From Eledone cirrhosa (Eukaryota), in contig OZ024750.1 of NCBI GenBank assembly GCA_964016885.1, forward strand, positions 19,158,001 to 19,222,000: DNA of 64,000 bases. Direction: 5' to 3'. Positions 1 through 10,092 of this stretch are shown piece after piece; the stretch's first letter is position 1, and the number at the start of each line of letters is the position of its first letter. The notes under the pieces are model-generated. The model had not been told where the DNA came from. It did not search any database and saw nothing but the letters and a program-made list of their open reading frames with translations. The translations under genes and the position numbers were made by a program.

Positions 1-2705
1 ATTTTCCACATCATGCAGATAATATAACGCTCACGGCGACGTTGGAGTGAGTAAAGTTTCAGGTTTTCCAATCGACCCCAGTAGTCAAGGTCTGACATGC
101 CATCTATCTTTTTCGTGATTGCCCTTTGAGGAGCTTCAAGTTTCATGATACTTTGTTTCGTGTGGGGAGACCACAGTGGACAACAGTATTCAAGGTGTGG
201 TCGGGCGAAAGTAGAGAAGAGAAGGATAATGGTGCGGGAATCTCTCGACTGGAAGGTTCTGAGGATCCAGGAACACATTCTGCGGGCCATGTCAACTTTG
301 CTGCTTATATGCGTGGTCCAGCTTATGTTGCTGTCCACGGTTACTCCCAAGTCTCTGATGTTGTTAGATGCCACGAGAGTTTCCCCGGAGGGAAGGGAGT
401 ACGGGAGTTTCAGAGCATCCTCTTTTCCAAAGTGGATCAGTTCGAATTTGTCTTCGTTCAGTAACATGTTGTTCTTTTCTGCCCATTGGGTAACAGCCAG
501 TAGGTCTGACTGAAGGCTTATCCGGTCATCCACGCCATTGATGACCTTTTGGAGCTTGGAATCATCAGCGAAAATTTTAATGTTGCTGTGTTTGATGATG
601 TCAGTGATGTCATTAATATAGATGATGAAGAGAAGTGGGCCCAACACAGTGCCTTGTGGGACTCCACTACTGACTTTGGCTGGGCTTGATTTGACTCCCT
701 CAACTACAACATGTTGGGTTCTGTTTGACAGGAAGCTCTTGATCCACTGCAGCAGCTTTCCAGTGACACCAATATTGGACAGCTTTCTCAGTAGAATGTT
801 ATGATCAACCCTGTCAAAGGCCTTGCTGAAATCAAGGTAGATAACATCAGTGTTGGAACCCTCTCCCAAGGCTCTCAAAATGTCATCAAAGTGATGCAGT
901 AGTTGCGTCAGGCAATCCCTTCCATTACGGAATCCATGCTGGTTGGAGTTCAGCATATTGTTACTCTCAAGGAAGTGGGTCATTCGCGATATCACCACTC
1001 GCTCAAATACCTTAATGATATGAGAGGTGAGTGAGATTGGACGGTAATTCACGGCAAGGGATTTGTTTCCCTTTTTGAAAACTGGGACAACAGACTGGGA
1101 TAGAAGGTTTTCTGGCACATATCCAGCATCCAGTGAGTTCCGCCACAGATTGGCAAGAGGAGAAGCAAGTTGGTGTTGACACGCCTTCAAGACACAAGCA
1201 GGGAACCTATCGGGACCTACTGCTGAATTATGCTTGATTTCCTTTATTGCCGCCAAGACATCAGGGGCGCCAAACGTTATGTCCGATAAGGTGTAATGGG
1301 GAGTAACATCGCCGATACAGCCCAGATCGGCCATATCAGGATTGCTGAAAACAGAGCAGTATTGTTTCTGCAGTATCTCACCCATGGTTTTAGCATTGTC
1401 TTGAAGAGTGCCATTTTCATCAATTAGAGGGCCAACAGTAGAGCCAGTGATTTTGTGTTTTTTTGCAAATGAAAAGAACACTTTGGGATTGAGTTTGATC
1501 TTCTCAATGGCCCAGGCCTCTTCAGCTCTTCTCTGATTGTTGATGAGGGACATTATGTTGTTTTGGAGGTTATGTTTTTTAATCTCTAGTGATGAAATGG
1601 CAGTCAAGTTGATGTGTTGCTGCTGACAGTATTTCAGCTTGTTGATTTTTTTGTTCGTTCTCTTAATTTTTCTGATGAGTGTTTTTCTATTTCTAGGGAT
1701 TCTGCTCTTAGATTTGTTTATAGTTCTTAATGGGGTGTGTTTAGCACATATGTTTGTAACAGTGTCCACAAATGTCTGCCAGGACTTTTTGATGTTAGTG
1801 GGTGTATGAGTGTGCGTGAAGGACCAGTCGACATGTGCAAGATCATGACTGATCGCTTCCCAGTTTGCATTGTGGAAATCCATAGCGTCAAACGGATGGA
1901 CAGGAGAAATGACATTGGGTTTGTATATTGGACGGTGGAATCTCAGATCACAGAGAACCATGTCATGATCAGAGAGTAGAGTTTTCTCCACTGCAATATT
2001 GTGGATATTGTCAGTGTGATTGCTGAAAATTAAGTCTAGGACGTTTTTGTGGCACCTCGTTGGTTCGAGAACTAGTTGGGATAGGAAGAAATCATCCATG
2101 AAGTCAAGAAGCGATTCCACAGCTTCCCTGTCAGAGGTTGAGGCAGAAGAACCTGGTGGCAGGGTGTTTGTGGACCAGTCAACTCCGGGGAGGTTGAAGT
2201 CCCCCATCATTAAGATGTTGTCAGGGTGACACTCTTGGATGAAGCACTTTATGCTGTTGAGGCATTCCTTGAAGCATGGTACAGGCGTTTGGGGTGGCCT
2301 ATAGAGCCCAACTACTAATAGGTTGTTGGTTTGACTGAATACAGTGACTGCCTCACAGTATCCATTAGTGAATATGTTCATAGCCTCTGTTGAGAAAGAA
2401 TTATGGACATAAATGGCAGTTCCGCCCTTTCTTCTGCCAGCGCGATCAGCACGGATGGCTTTGAAATTTTTCACTTTCACCTCGGCTTCCAAGTGGAGGT
2501 TACTGAGATGGGTTTCAGTGAGGACGAAGAAAGGGATGTGGTTTGGATGGACATCAATCCAGTCCTCCAGGAATTTGATCTTCCATTTTTGAGTATTGGT
2601 GGAAGGGCTGATGCCTTGGGCGTTAAGCAAAAATGTAGAGGCGAGAGTGGATGGTTTTAATTGTTTTGGTGTGTTGTTAATTTGTTTGTTTGTTAATGGC
2701 AGCAA
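1..2705 (-). CDS. LINE ORF2 (APE endonuclease + reverse transcriptase), partial, apparently uninterrupted
   Basis: Reverse complement of copy-2 ORF2 (LNETHL, MGDFN, SDHD, DFSKAFD, GVPQGTVLGP, FADD). From 2705 to the Trp codon at 8 is an exact multiple of 3. The ORF track shows no stop-terminated ORF in this frame. Retains the 13 bp deleted in copy 2. Overlaps the ORF1 stop and has no nearby ATG. Confidence 0.88.
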   Translation of the reverse strand, partial: MLPLTNKQINNTPKQLKPSTLASTFLLNAQGISPSTNTQKWKIKFLEDWIDVHPNHIPFFVLTETHLSNLHLEAEVKVKNFKAIRADRAGRRKGGTAIYVHNSFSTEAMNIFTNGYCEAVTVFSQTNNLLVVGLYRPPQTPVPCFKECLNSIKCFIQECHPDNILMMGDFNLPGVDWSTNTLPPGSSASTSDREAVESLLDFMDDFFLSQLVLEPTRCHKNVLDLIFSNHTDNIHNIAVEKTLLSDHDMVLCDLRFHRPIYKPNVISPVHPFDAMDFHNANWEAISHDLAHVDWSFTHTHTPTNIKKSWQTFVDTVTNICAKHTPLRTINKSKSRIPRNRKTLIRKIKRTNKKINKLKYCQQQHINLTAISSLEIKKHNLQNNIMSLINNQRRAEEAWAIEKIKLNPKVFFSFAKKHKITGSTVGPLIDENGTLQDNAKTMGEILQKQYCSVFSNPDMADLGCIGDVTPHYTLSDITFGAPDVLAAIKEIKHNSAVGPDRFPACVLKACQHQLASPLANLWRNSLDAGYVPENLLSQSVVPVFKKGNKSLAVNYRPISLTSHIIKVFERVVISRMTHFLESNNMLNSNQHGFRNGRDCLTQLLHHFDDILRALGEGSNTDVIYLDFSKAFDRVDHNILLRKLSNIGVTGKLLQWIKSFLSNRTQHVVVEGVKSSPAKVSSGVPQGTVLGPLLFIIYINDITDIIKHSNIKIFADDSKLQKVINGVDDRISLQSDLLAVTQWAEKNNMLLNEDKFELIHFGKEDALKLPYSLPSGETLVASNNIRDLGVTVDSNISWTTHISSKVDMARRMCSWILRTFQSRDSRTIILLFSTFARPHLEYCCPLWSPHTKQSIMKLEAPQRAITKKIDGMSDLDYWGRLENLKLYSLQRRRERYIICMMWK

Positions 2706-3850
2706 TGGGAGTTTGTGCAGTGGGGTGATAGTGGAGGGTGGTGCTGGGTGATAGCTCGAATGTTTTTTTCCAGTTCTTTTGCCAGATTCATTATGGCTAA
2801 AAAAGAGGAAGAAGTTTCCTGTTTAGAAGACTGTTGGTGACTGTGGTAGTGGTTATTTTTATGTAGGTTATGGTTTTTGTTTTTGCTTTTATTTTTAATT
2901 TTATTTTCATTTATCCGACGGGTCCCCGGGAGATGGGTAAAGGGACAATCCCGGTCTAAACACAATCTGTCTCGCAGGGAAAAACGGCAGATTTGTGGAT
3001 TCCTTGTTTGAGTTATTGGTGGTTGTGTTGGTGTTAAATTAGGGTATGTATTATGGTGGTGGCTGTTTGTGGGGATAGATCGTTTTGTCCTAGGTAAATG
3101 GGTGAATTTGCAGCCACTATCCGTACATATTCTATAGCGTAGAGAGTAGCGGCAAATGATGGGGTTTCGAGTGGGTGGGTATGTGGGTGTGGGTGTTGTG
3201 AGAGGTGTAGATGATGGTTTGGGTAGGATTTGACGACCTTTGTGGACTGTGGGAGGGAGAGTTCTTGTTCTGGTATTAGAAGGTAAATTCCTTGACATAG
3301 CAGTAGACAAAAATGTTGTAGTAGTAGTAGTAGTAGTAGGCAGAGATGTTGGCAGTGGTGATGATTGGACTGCTGGGCCAGAGAAAGGATGTGGCGTTTC
3401 ATGCTGTGAGACAGAGGCTACTGGAGGGTCAATAGTTTCATTTAGTAGATCGGCCATTGTTGATGAATCAAGGAGTGGTTCACACTGTTGTTGTCGTTGT
3501 TGTTGTTGTTGTTGCTGTTGTTGTTGTTGTAGCTGTTGTTGTTGTTGTTGTTGTTGCTGTTGTAGCTGCTGTTGTTGTTGTTGCTGCTGCTGGACAGCAT
3601 TCGAAGAGAAAACACACCGTAGTTTATCCAAATGTTTATTGATTAATTTAAAAGCAATTTCGATTTGCTTTAATTTATTTTGAATCTGTTGTTCAGATCG
3701 AGTTTTCAAAAATTGAACTGTACGTTTAGCAATGTCGTTCAGAGATGAAGCATCTATATTTTCTGTTTGGGAAAGGCAATGCCATGTGTTTATTAGAATG
3801 TCGATTTCATTATCAGACCAGTTCTGTTTGGATTTTTGCTGGTTAGCCAT
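2693..3850 (-). CDS. LINE ORF1, 385 aa: Myb/SANT-like N-terminus, polyQ, Pro/Thr-rich linker, two CCCH zinc fingers
   Basis: NWSDNEIDILINTW...RSEQQIQNKLKQI helix pattern; [19 protein letters not shown] and [19 protein letters not shown] (C-x8-C-x4-C-x3-H); lies directly upstream of ORF2. Confidence 0.85.
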   Translation of the reverse strand: MANQQKSKQNWSDNEIDILINTWHCLSQTENIDASSLNDIAKRTVQFLKTRSEQQIQNKLKQIEIAFKLINKHLDKLRCVFSSNAVQQQQQQQQQLQQQQQQQQQQLQQQQQQQQQQQRQQQCEPLLDSSTMADLLNETIDPPVASVSQHETPHPFSGPAVQSSPLPTSLPTTTTTTTTFLSTAMSRNLPSNTRTRTLPPTVHKGRQILPKPSSTPLTTPTPTYPPTRNPIICRYSLRYRICTDSGCKFTHLPRTKRSIPTNSHHHNTYPNLTPTQPPITQTRNPQICRFSLRDRLCLDRDCPFTHLPGTRRINENKIKNKSKNKNHNLHKNNHYHSHQQSSKQETSSSFLAIMNLAKELEKNIRAITQHHPPLSPHCTNSHCCH

Positions 3851-3861
3851 TCTAGTTTTGA

Positions 3862-4340
3862 GTGTGTGTGTGTTTTAGTTAAGTATTTCAATATATATAT
3901 ATTTTTTTTTTTTTTTAAATTTATTTTTGATTTATTTGTTTTTTGTTTTTCTTGTGTGTGAGTGAGAAGCGTATATATATAAATATGAGTATATATATAT
4001 ATATATATGTATATTCTGGTTATTTGAAATTAATTAAGTTAATGAAAAGACGAAAGTATATAATAATAATTTGTAGTTAAAGGAAAATGTACTCACAAGT
4101 TCGTGTGTGTGTGTTTTAGTTAAGTATTTCAATATATATATATTTTTTTAAATTTATTTTTGATTTATTTTTGTTTTTTGTTTTTCTTGTGTGTGAGTGA
4201 GAAGCGTATATATATAAATATGAGTATATATATATATATATATATGTATATTCTGGTTATTTGAAATTAATTAAGTTAATGAAAAGACGAAAGTATATAA
4301 TAATAATTTGTAGTTAAAGGAAAATGTACTCACAAGTTCG
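3862..4340. repeat. ~240-bp tandem duplication in the LINE 5' UTR
   Basis: gtgtgtgttttagttaagtatttcaat...ggaaaatgtactcacaagttcg occurs at about 3862-4102 and 4103-4340. A second ~50-bp duplication follows at about 4353-4455. Confidence 0.9.
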
Positions 4341-4580
4341 AAAACACGTGGTTTCAAATATATAATAATATAGATGTATGAAAAATGTATTAACCGGTCA
4401 ATTTTCAAATATATAATAATATAGATGTATGAAAATGTATTAACCGGTCAATTTTTGTTTGTTTGGTTTTGGCTTGTGGTTTTGTTTTGTGGCTGTGTGA
4501 CTTGCTGCTTACTCGGGGAGAGAAGTAAAAACACGTCCTTATACTTCAACTGCTCAACTGCTCAACTGCTCAACTGCTCA

Positions 4581-5218
4581 ATATATATCAATACATATAT
4601 ATATATATATACATACAATATATATCAATACATATATATATATATATACATACATACATATATATATACATACATATATATATATATATACATACATATA
4701 TATATATATACATACATATATATATATATACATACATATATATATATATACATACATATATATATATATATACATACATATATATATATATACATACATA
4801 TATATATATATACATACATATATATATATATACATACATATATATATATATACATACATATATATATACATACATATATATATATATACATACATATATA
4901 TATATACATACATATATATATATACATACATATATATATATACATACATATATATATATATACATACATATATATATATATATATACATACATATATATA
5001 TATATACATACATATATATATATACATACATATATATATATATATACATACATACATATATATACATACATACATATATATATACATACATATATATATA
5101 TACATACATACATATATATATACATACATATATATATATACATATACACATACATACATATATATATACATACATACATACATATATATATACATACATA
5201 CATACATACATATATATA

Positions 5219-5252
<34 letters not shown>

Positions 5253-5298
5253 CATACATACATATATACATACATACATATATACATATACATACATA

Positions 5299-5367
<69 letters not shown>

Positions 5368-5377
5368 ATTTACATAC
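4581..5377. repeat. (TA)n/(TACA)n compound microsatellite separating the two inverted LINE copies
   Basis: Direct reading. Confidence 0.97.
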
Positions 5378-8300
5378 ATTTAAATTAATCAATAAACATT
5401 TGGATAAACTACGGTGTGTTTTCTCTTCGAATGCTGTCCAGCAGCAGCAACAACAACAACAGCAGCTACAACAGCAACAACAACAACAGCTACAACAACA
5501 ACAACAACAACAGCAACAACAACAACAACGACAACAACAGTGTGAACCACTCCTTGATTCATCAACAATGGCCGATCTACTAAATGAAACTATTGACCCC
5601 CCAGTAGCCTCTGTCTCACAGCATGAAACACCACATCCTTTCTCTGGCCCAGCAGTCCAATCATCACCACTGCCAACATCTCCATCTCTGCCTACTACTA
5701 CTACTACTACTACAACATTTTTGTCTACTGCTATGTCAAGGAATTTACCTTCTAATACCAGAACAAGAACTCTCCCTCCCACAGTCCACAAAGGTCGTCA
5801 AATCCTACCCAAACCATCATCTACACCTCTCACAACACACACACCCACATACCCACCCACTCGAAACCCCATCATTTGCCGCTACTCTCTACGCTATAGA
5901 ATATGTACGGATAGTGGCTGCAAATTCACCCATTTACCTAGGACAAAACGATCTATCCCCACAAACAGCCACCACCATAATACATACTCTAATTTAACAC
6001 CAACACAACCACCAATAACTCAAACAAGGAATCCACAAATCTGCCGTTTTTCCCTGCGAGACAGATTGTGTTTAGACCGGGATTGTCCCTTTACCCATCT
6101 CCCGGGGACCCGTCGGACAAATGAAAATAAATTAAAAATAAAAGCAAAAACAAAAACCATAACCTACATAAAAATAACCACTACCACAGTCACCAACAGT
6201 CTTCTAAACAGGAAACTTCTTCCTCTTTTTTAGCCATAATGAATCTGGCAAAAGAACTGGAAAAAAACATTCGAGCTATCACCCAGCACCACCCTCCGCT
6301 ATCACCCCACTGCACAAACTCCCATTGCTGCCATTAACAAACAAACAAATTAACAACACACCAAAACAATTAAAACCATCCACTCTCGCCTCTACATTTT
6401 TGCTTAATGCCCAAGGCATCAGCCCTTCCACCAATACTCAAAAATGGAAGATCAAATTCCTGGAGGACTGGATTGATGTCCATCCAAACCACATCCCTTT
6501 CTTCGTCCTCAATGAAACCCATCTCAGTAACCTCCACTTGGAAGCCGAGGTGAAAGTGAAAAATTTCAAAGCCATCCGTGCTGATCGCGCTGGCAGAAGA
6601 AAGGGCGGAACTGCCATTTATGTCCATAATTCTTTCTCAACAGAGGTTATGAACATATTCACTAATGGATACTGTGAAGCAGTCACTGTATTCAGTCAAA
6701 CCAACAACCTATTAGTAGTTGGGCTCTATAGGCCACCCCAAACGCCTGTACCATGCTTCAAGGAATGCCTCAACAGCATAAAGTGTTTCATCCAAGAGTG
6801 TCACCCTGACAACATCTTAATGATGGGGGACTTCAACCTCCCCGGAGTTGACTGGTCCACAAACAGCCTGCCACCAGGTTCTTCTGCCTCAACCTCTGAC
6901 AGGGAAGCTGTGGAATCGCTTCTTGACTTCATGGATGATTTCTTCCTATCCCAACTGGTGCTCGAACCAACGAGGTGCCACAAAAACGTCCTAGACTTAA
7001 TTTTCAGCAATCACACTGACAATATCCACAATATTGCAGTGGAGAAAACTCTACTCTCTGATCATGACATGGTTCTCTGTGATCTGAGATTCCACCGTCC
7101 AATATACAAACCCAATGTCATCTCTCCTGTCCATCCGTTTGACGCTATGGATTTCCACAATGCAAACTGGGAAGCGATCAGTCATGATCTTGCACATGTC
7201 GACTGGTCCTTCACGCACACTCATACACCCACTAACATCAAAAAGTCCTGGCAGACATTTGTGGACACTGCTACAAACATATGTGCTAAACACACCCCAT
7301 TAAGAACTATAAAGAAATCTAAGAGCAGAATCCCTAGAAATAGAAAAACGCTCATCAGAAAAATTAAGAGAACGAACAAAAAAATCAACAAGCTGAAATA
7401 CTGTCAGCAGCAACACATCAACTTGACTGCCATTTCATCACTAGAGATTAAAAAACATAACCTCCAAAACAACATAATGTCCCTCATCAACAATCAGAGA
7501 AGAGCTGAAGAGGCCTGGGCCATTGAGAAGATCAAACTCAATCCCAAAGTGTTCTTTTCATTTGCAAAAAAACACAAAATCACTGGCTCTACTGTTGGCC
7601 CTCTAATTGATGAAAATGGCACTCTTCAAGACAATGCTAAAACCATGGGTGAGATACTGCAGAAACAATACTGCTCTGTTTTCAGCAATCCTGATATGGC
7701 CGATCTGGGCTGCATCGGCGATGTTACTCCCCATTACACCTTATCGGACATAACGTTTGGCGCCCCTGATGTCTTGGCGGCAATAAAGGAAATCAAGCAT
7801 AATTCAGCAGTAGGTCCCGATAGGTTCCCTGCTTGTGTCTTGAAGGCGTGTCAACACCAACTTGCATCTCCTCTTGCCAATCTGTGGCGGAACTCACTGG
7901 ATGCTGGATATGTGCCAGAAAACCTTCTATCCCAGTTTTCAAAAAGGGAAACAAATCCCTTGCCGTGAATTACCGTCCAATCTCACTCACCTCTCATATC
8001 ATTAAGGTATTTGAGCGAGTGGTGAGATCGCGAATGACCCACTTCCTTGAGAGTAACAATATGCTGAACTCCAACCAGCATGGATTCCGTAATGGAAGGG
8101 ATTGCCTGACGCAGCTACTGCATCACTTTGATGACATTTTGAGAGCCTTGGGAGAGGGTTCCAACACTGATGTTATCTACATTGATTTCAGCAAGGCCTT
8201 TGACAGGGTTGATCATAACATTCTACTGAGAAAGCTGTCCAATATTGGTGTCACTGGAAAGCTGCTGCAGTGGATCAAGAGCTTCCTGTCAAACAGAACC

Positions 8301-9409
8301 CAACATGTTGTAGTTGAGGGAGTCAAATCAAGCCCAGCCAAAGTCAGTAATGGGGTCCCACAAGGCACTGTGTTGGGCCCACTTCTCTTCATCATCTATA
8401 TTAATGACATCACTGACATCATCAAACACAGCAACATTAAAATTTTCGCTGATGATTCCAAGCTCCAAAAGGTCATCAATGGCGTGGATGACCGGATAAG
8501 CCTTCAGTCAGACCTACTGGCTGTTACCCAATGGGCAGAAAAGAACAACATGTTACTGAACGAAGACAAATTCGAACTGATCCACTTTGGAAAAGAGGAT
8601 GCTCTGAAACTCCCGTACTCCCTTCCCTCCGGGGAAACTCTCGTGGCATCTAACAACATCAGAGACTTGGGAGTAACCGTGGACAGCAACATAAGCTGGA
8701 CCACGCATATAAGCAGCAAAGTTGACATGGCCCGCAGAATGTGTTCCTGGATCCTCAGAACCTTCCAGTCGAGAGATTCCCGCACCATTATCCTTCTCTT
8801 CTCTACTTTCGCCCGACCACACCTTGAATACTGTTGTCCACTGTGGTCTCCCCACACGAAACAAAGTATCATGAAACTTGAAGCACCTCAAAGGGCAATC
8901 ACGAAAAAGATAGATGGCATGTCAGACCTTGACTACTGGGGTCGATTAGAAAACCTGAAACTTTACTCACTCCAACGTCGCCGTGAGCGTTATATTATCT
9001 GCATGATGTGGAAAATGTTCCATCATCACTGCCCAAATGATGTTGGCATTGCCTTCAAGATACACCCAAGGCTTGGGCCCCGTGCTATCCGTCCCATTCA
9101 AAAATCTAAATCGCAACTCATAACAACAATACGGCACAATTATTTCACCTCAATCGGCCCTGCTCTCTTCAACATCACACCAGGACACGTCAAAACAGAA
9201 ACTGACCACACAAAATTCAAGAAGTCTTTGGACAAATTCCTCCAAGTAATCCCGGACAAACCACCCACACCCGGATATGTCTCCGCAAACAGTAATTCTC
9301 TTCTCGAATGGGCCATGGTGCCCAAATCCTGAATTGAAAGACTTCGCCAGGTGGTGCTATTAAGTTAGACATGGCCTGGGCCAATACTGGCCAAAACATT
9401 TCAAAGTTA
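5378..9409 (+). mobile_element. CR1-like LINE, copy 2, 5'-truncated inside ORF1, complete 3' end, frameshifted
   Basis: Starts at tttaaattaatcaataaac (FKLINKH of ORF1). 1-bp loss near 6130 in ORF1. ORF2 split into 6325-7968 and 7833-9332. 3' UTR ends caaaacatttcaaagtta then microsatellite. Confidence 0.95.
6325..9332 (+). pseudogene. LINE ORF2 (APE-RT) disrupted by a 13-bp deletion at about 7936
   Basis: Copy 1 reads tat-cccagt-ctgttgt-cccagt-tttc; copy 2 reads tat-cccagt-tttc. RT motifs QHGFR, DFSKAFD, PQG, FADD; C-terminal YSLQRRRERY...[10 protein letters not shown]. Confidence 0.92.
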
Positions 9410-9440
9410 TTCATACATATATATATATATACATACATAC

Positions 9441-9471
<31 letters not shown>

Positions 9472-9531
9472 CATACATACATACATATACATACATACAT
9501 ACATACATACATACATACATACATACATACA

Positions 9532-9565
<34 letters not shown>

Positions 9566-9719
9566 CATACATACATATATACATACATACATATATATAT
9601 ACATACATATATATATACATACATATATATATACATACATACATATATATATACATACATATATATATACATACATATATATATACATACATACATATAT
9701 ACATACATACATACATACA

Positions 9720-9755
<36 letters not shown>

Positions 9756-9874
9756 TACATACATACATACATATATATATACATACATACATACATATAT
9801 ATATACATACATACATACATATATATATACATACATACATACATATATATATACATACATACATACATACATAT
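9410..9874. repeat. (TACA)n/(TA)n microsatellite shared as 3' tail or target by the CR1 (+) and RTE (-) elements
   Basis: Direct reading. Confidence 0.95.
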
Positions 9875-9932
9875 ATGATGGCTGCCCCCTCGTTATCGAG
9901 TATGGCCATTGCACAATAAAAAAAAAAAAAAA

Positions 9933-9975
<43 letters not shown>

Positions 9976-10054
9976 GCAATAATAATAATAACGACAACAA
10001 CAATAATAATATACATATTCATATATATATACACACACACGCACGCACATAAGC

Positions 10055-10092
<38 letters not shown>

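Larger units (their letters stand above)
1..4580 (-). mobile_element. CR1/L2-group non-LTR retrotransposon, copy 1 (5' end apparently complete; 3' end runs off the window)
   Basis: 5' UTR about 3851-4580 ending in (TTGAGCAG)n next to a microsatellite; ORF1 2693-3850; APE-RT ORF2 from 2705 to the window edge; reverse complement of 5378-9016. Confidence 0.93.

Noticed and set aside
126-2660. Small plus-strand ORFs inside the LINE (and equivalents in copy 2 and the RTE)
   Set aside because: Antisense or alternative-frame shadows of ORF2.
4425-6233. 602-aa ORF
   Set aside because: Chimera of antisense 5' UTR, stop-free microsatellite and truncated, frameshifted LINE ORF1.
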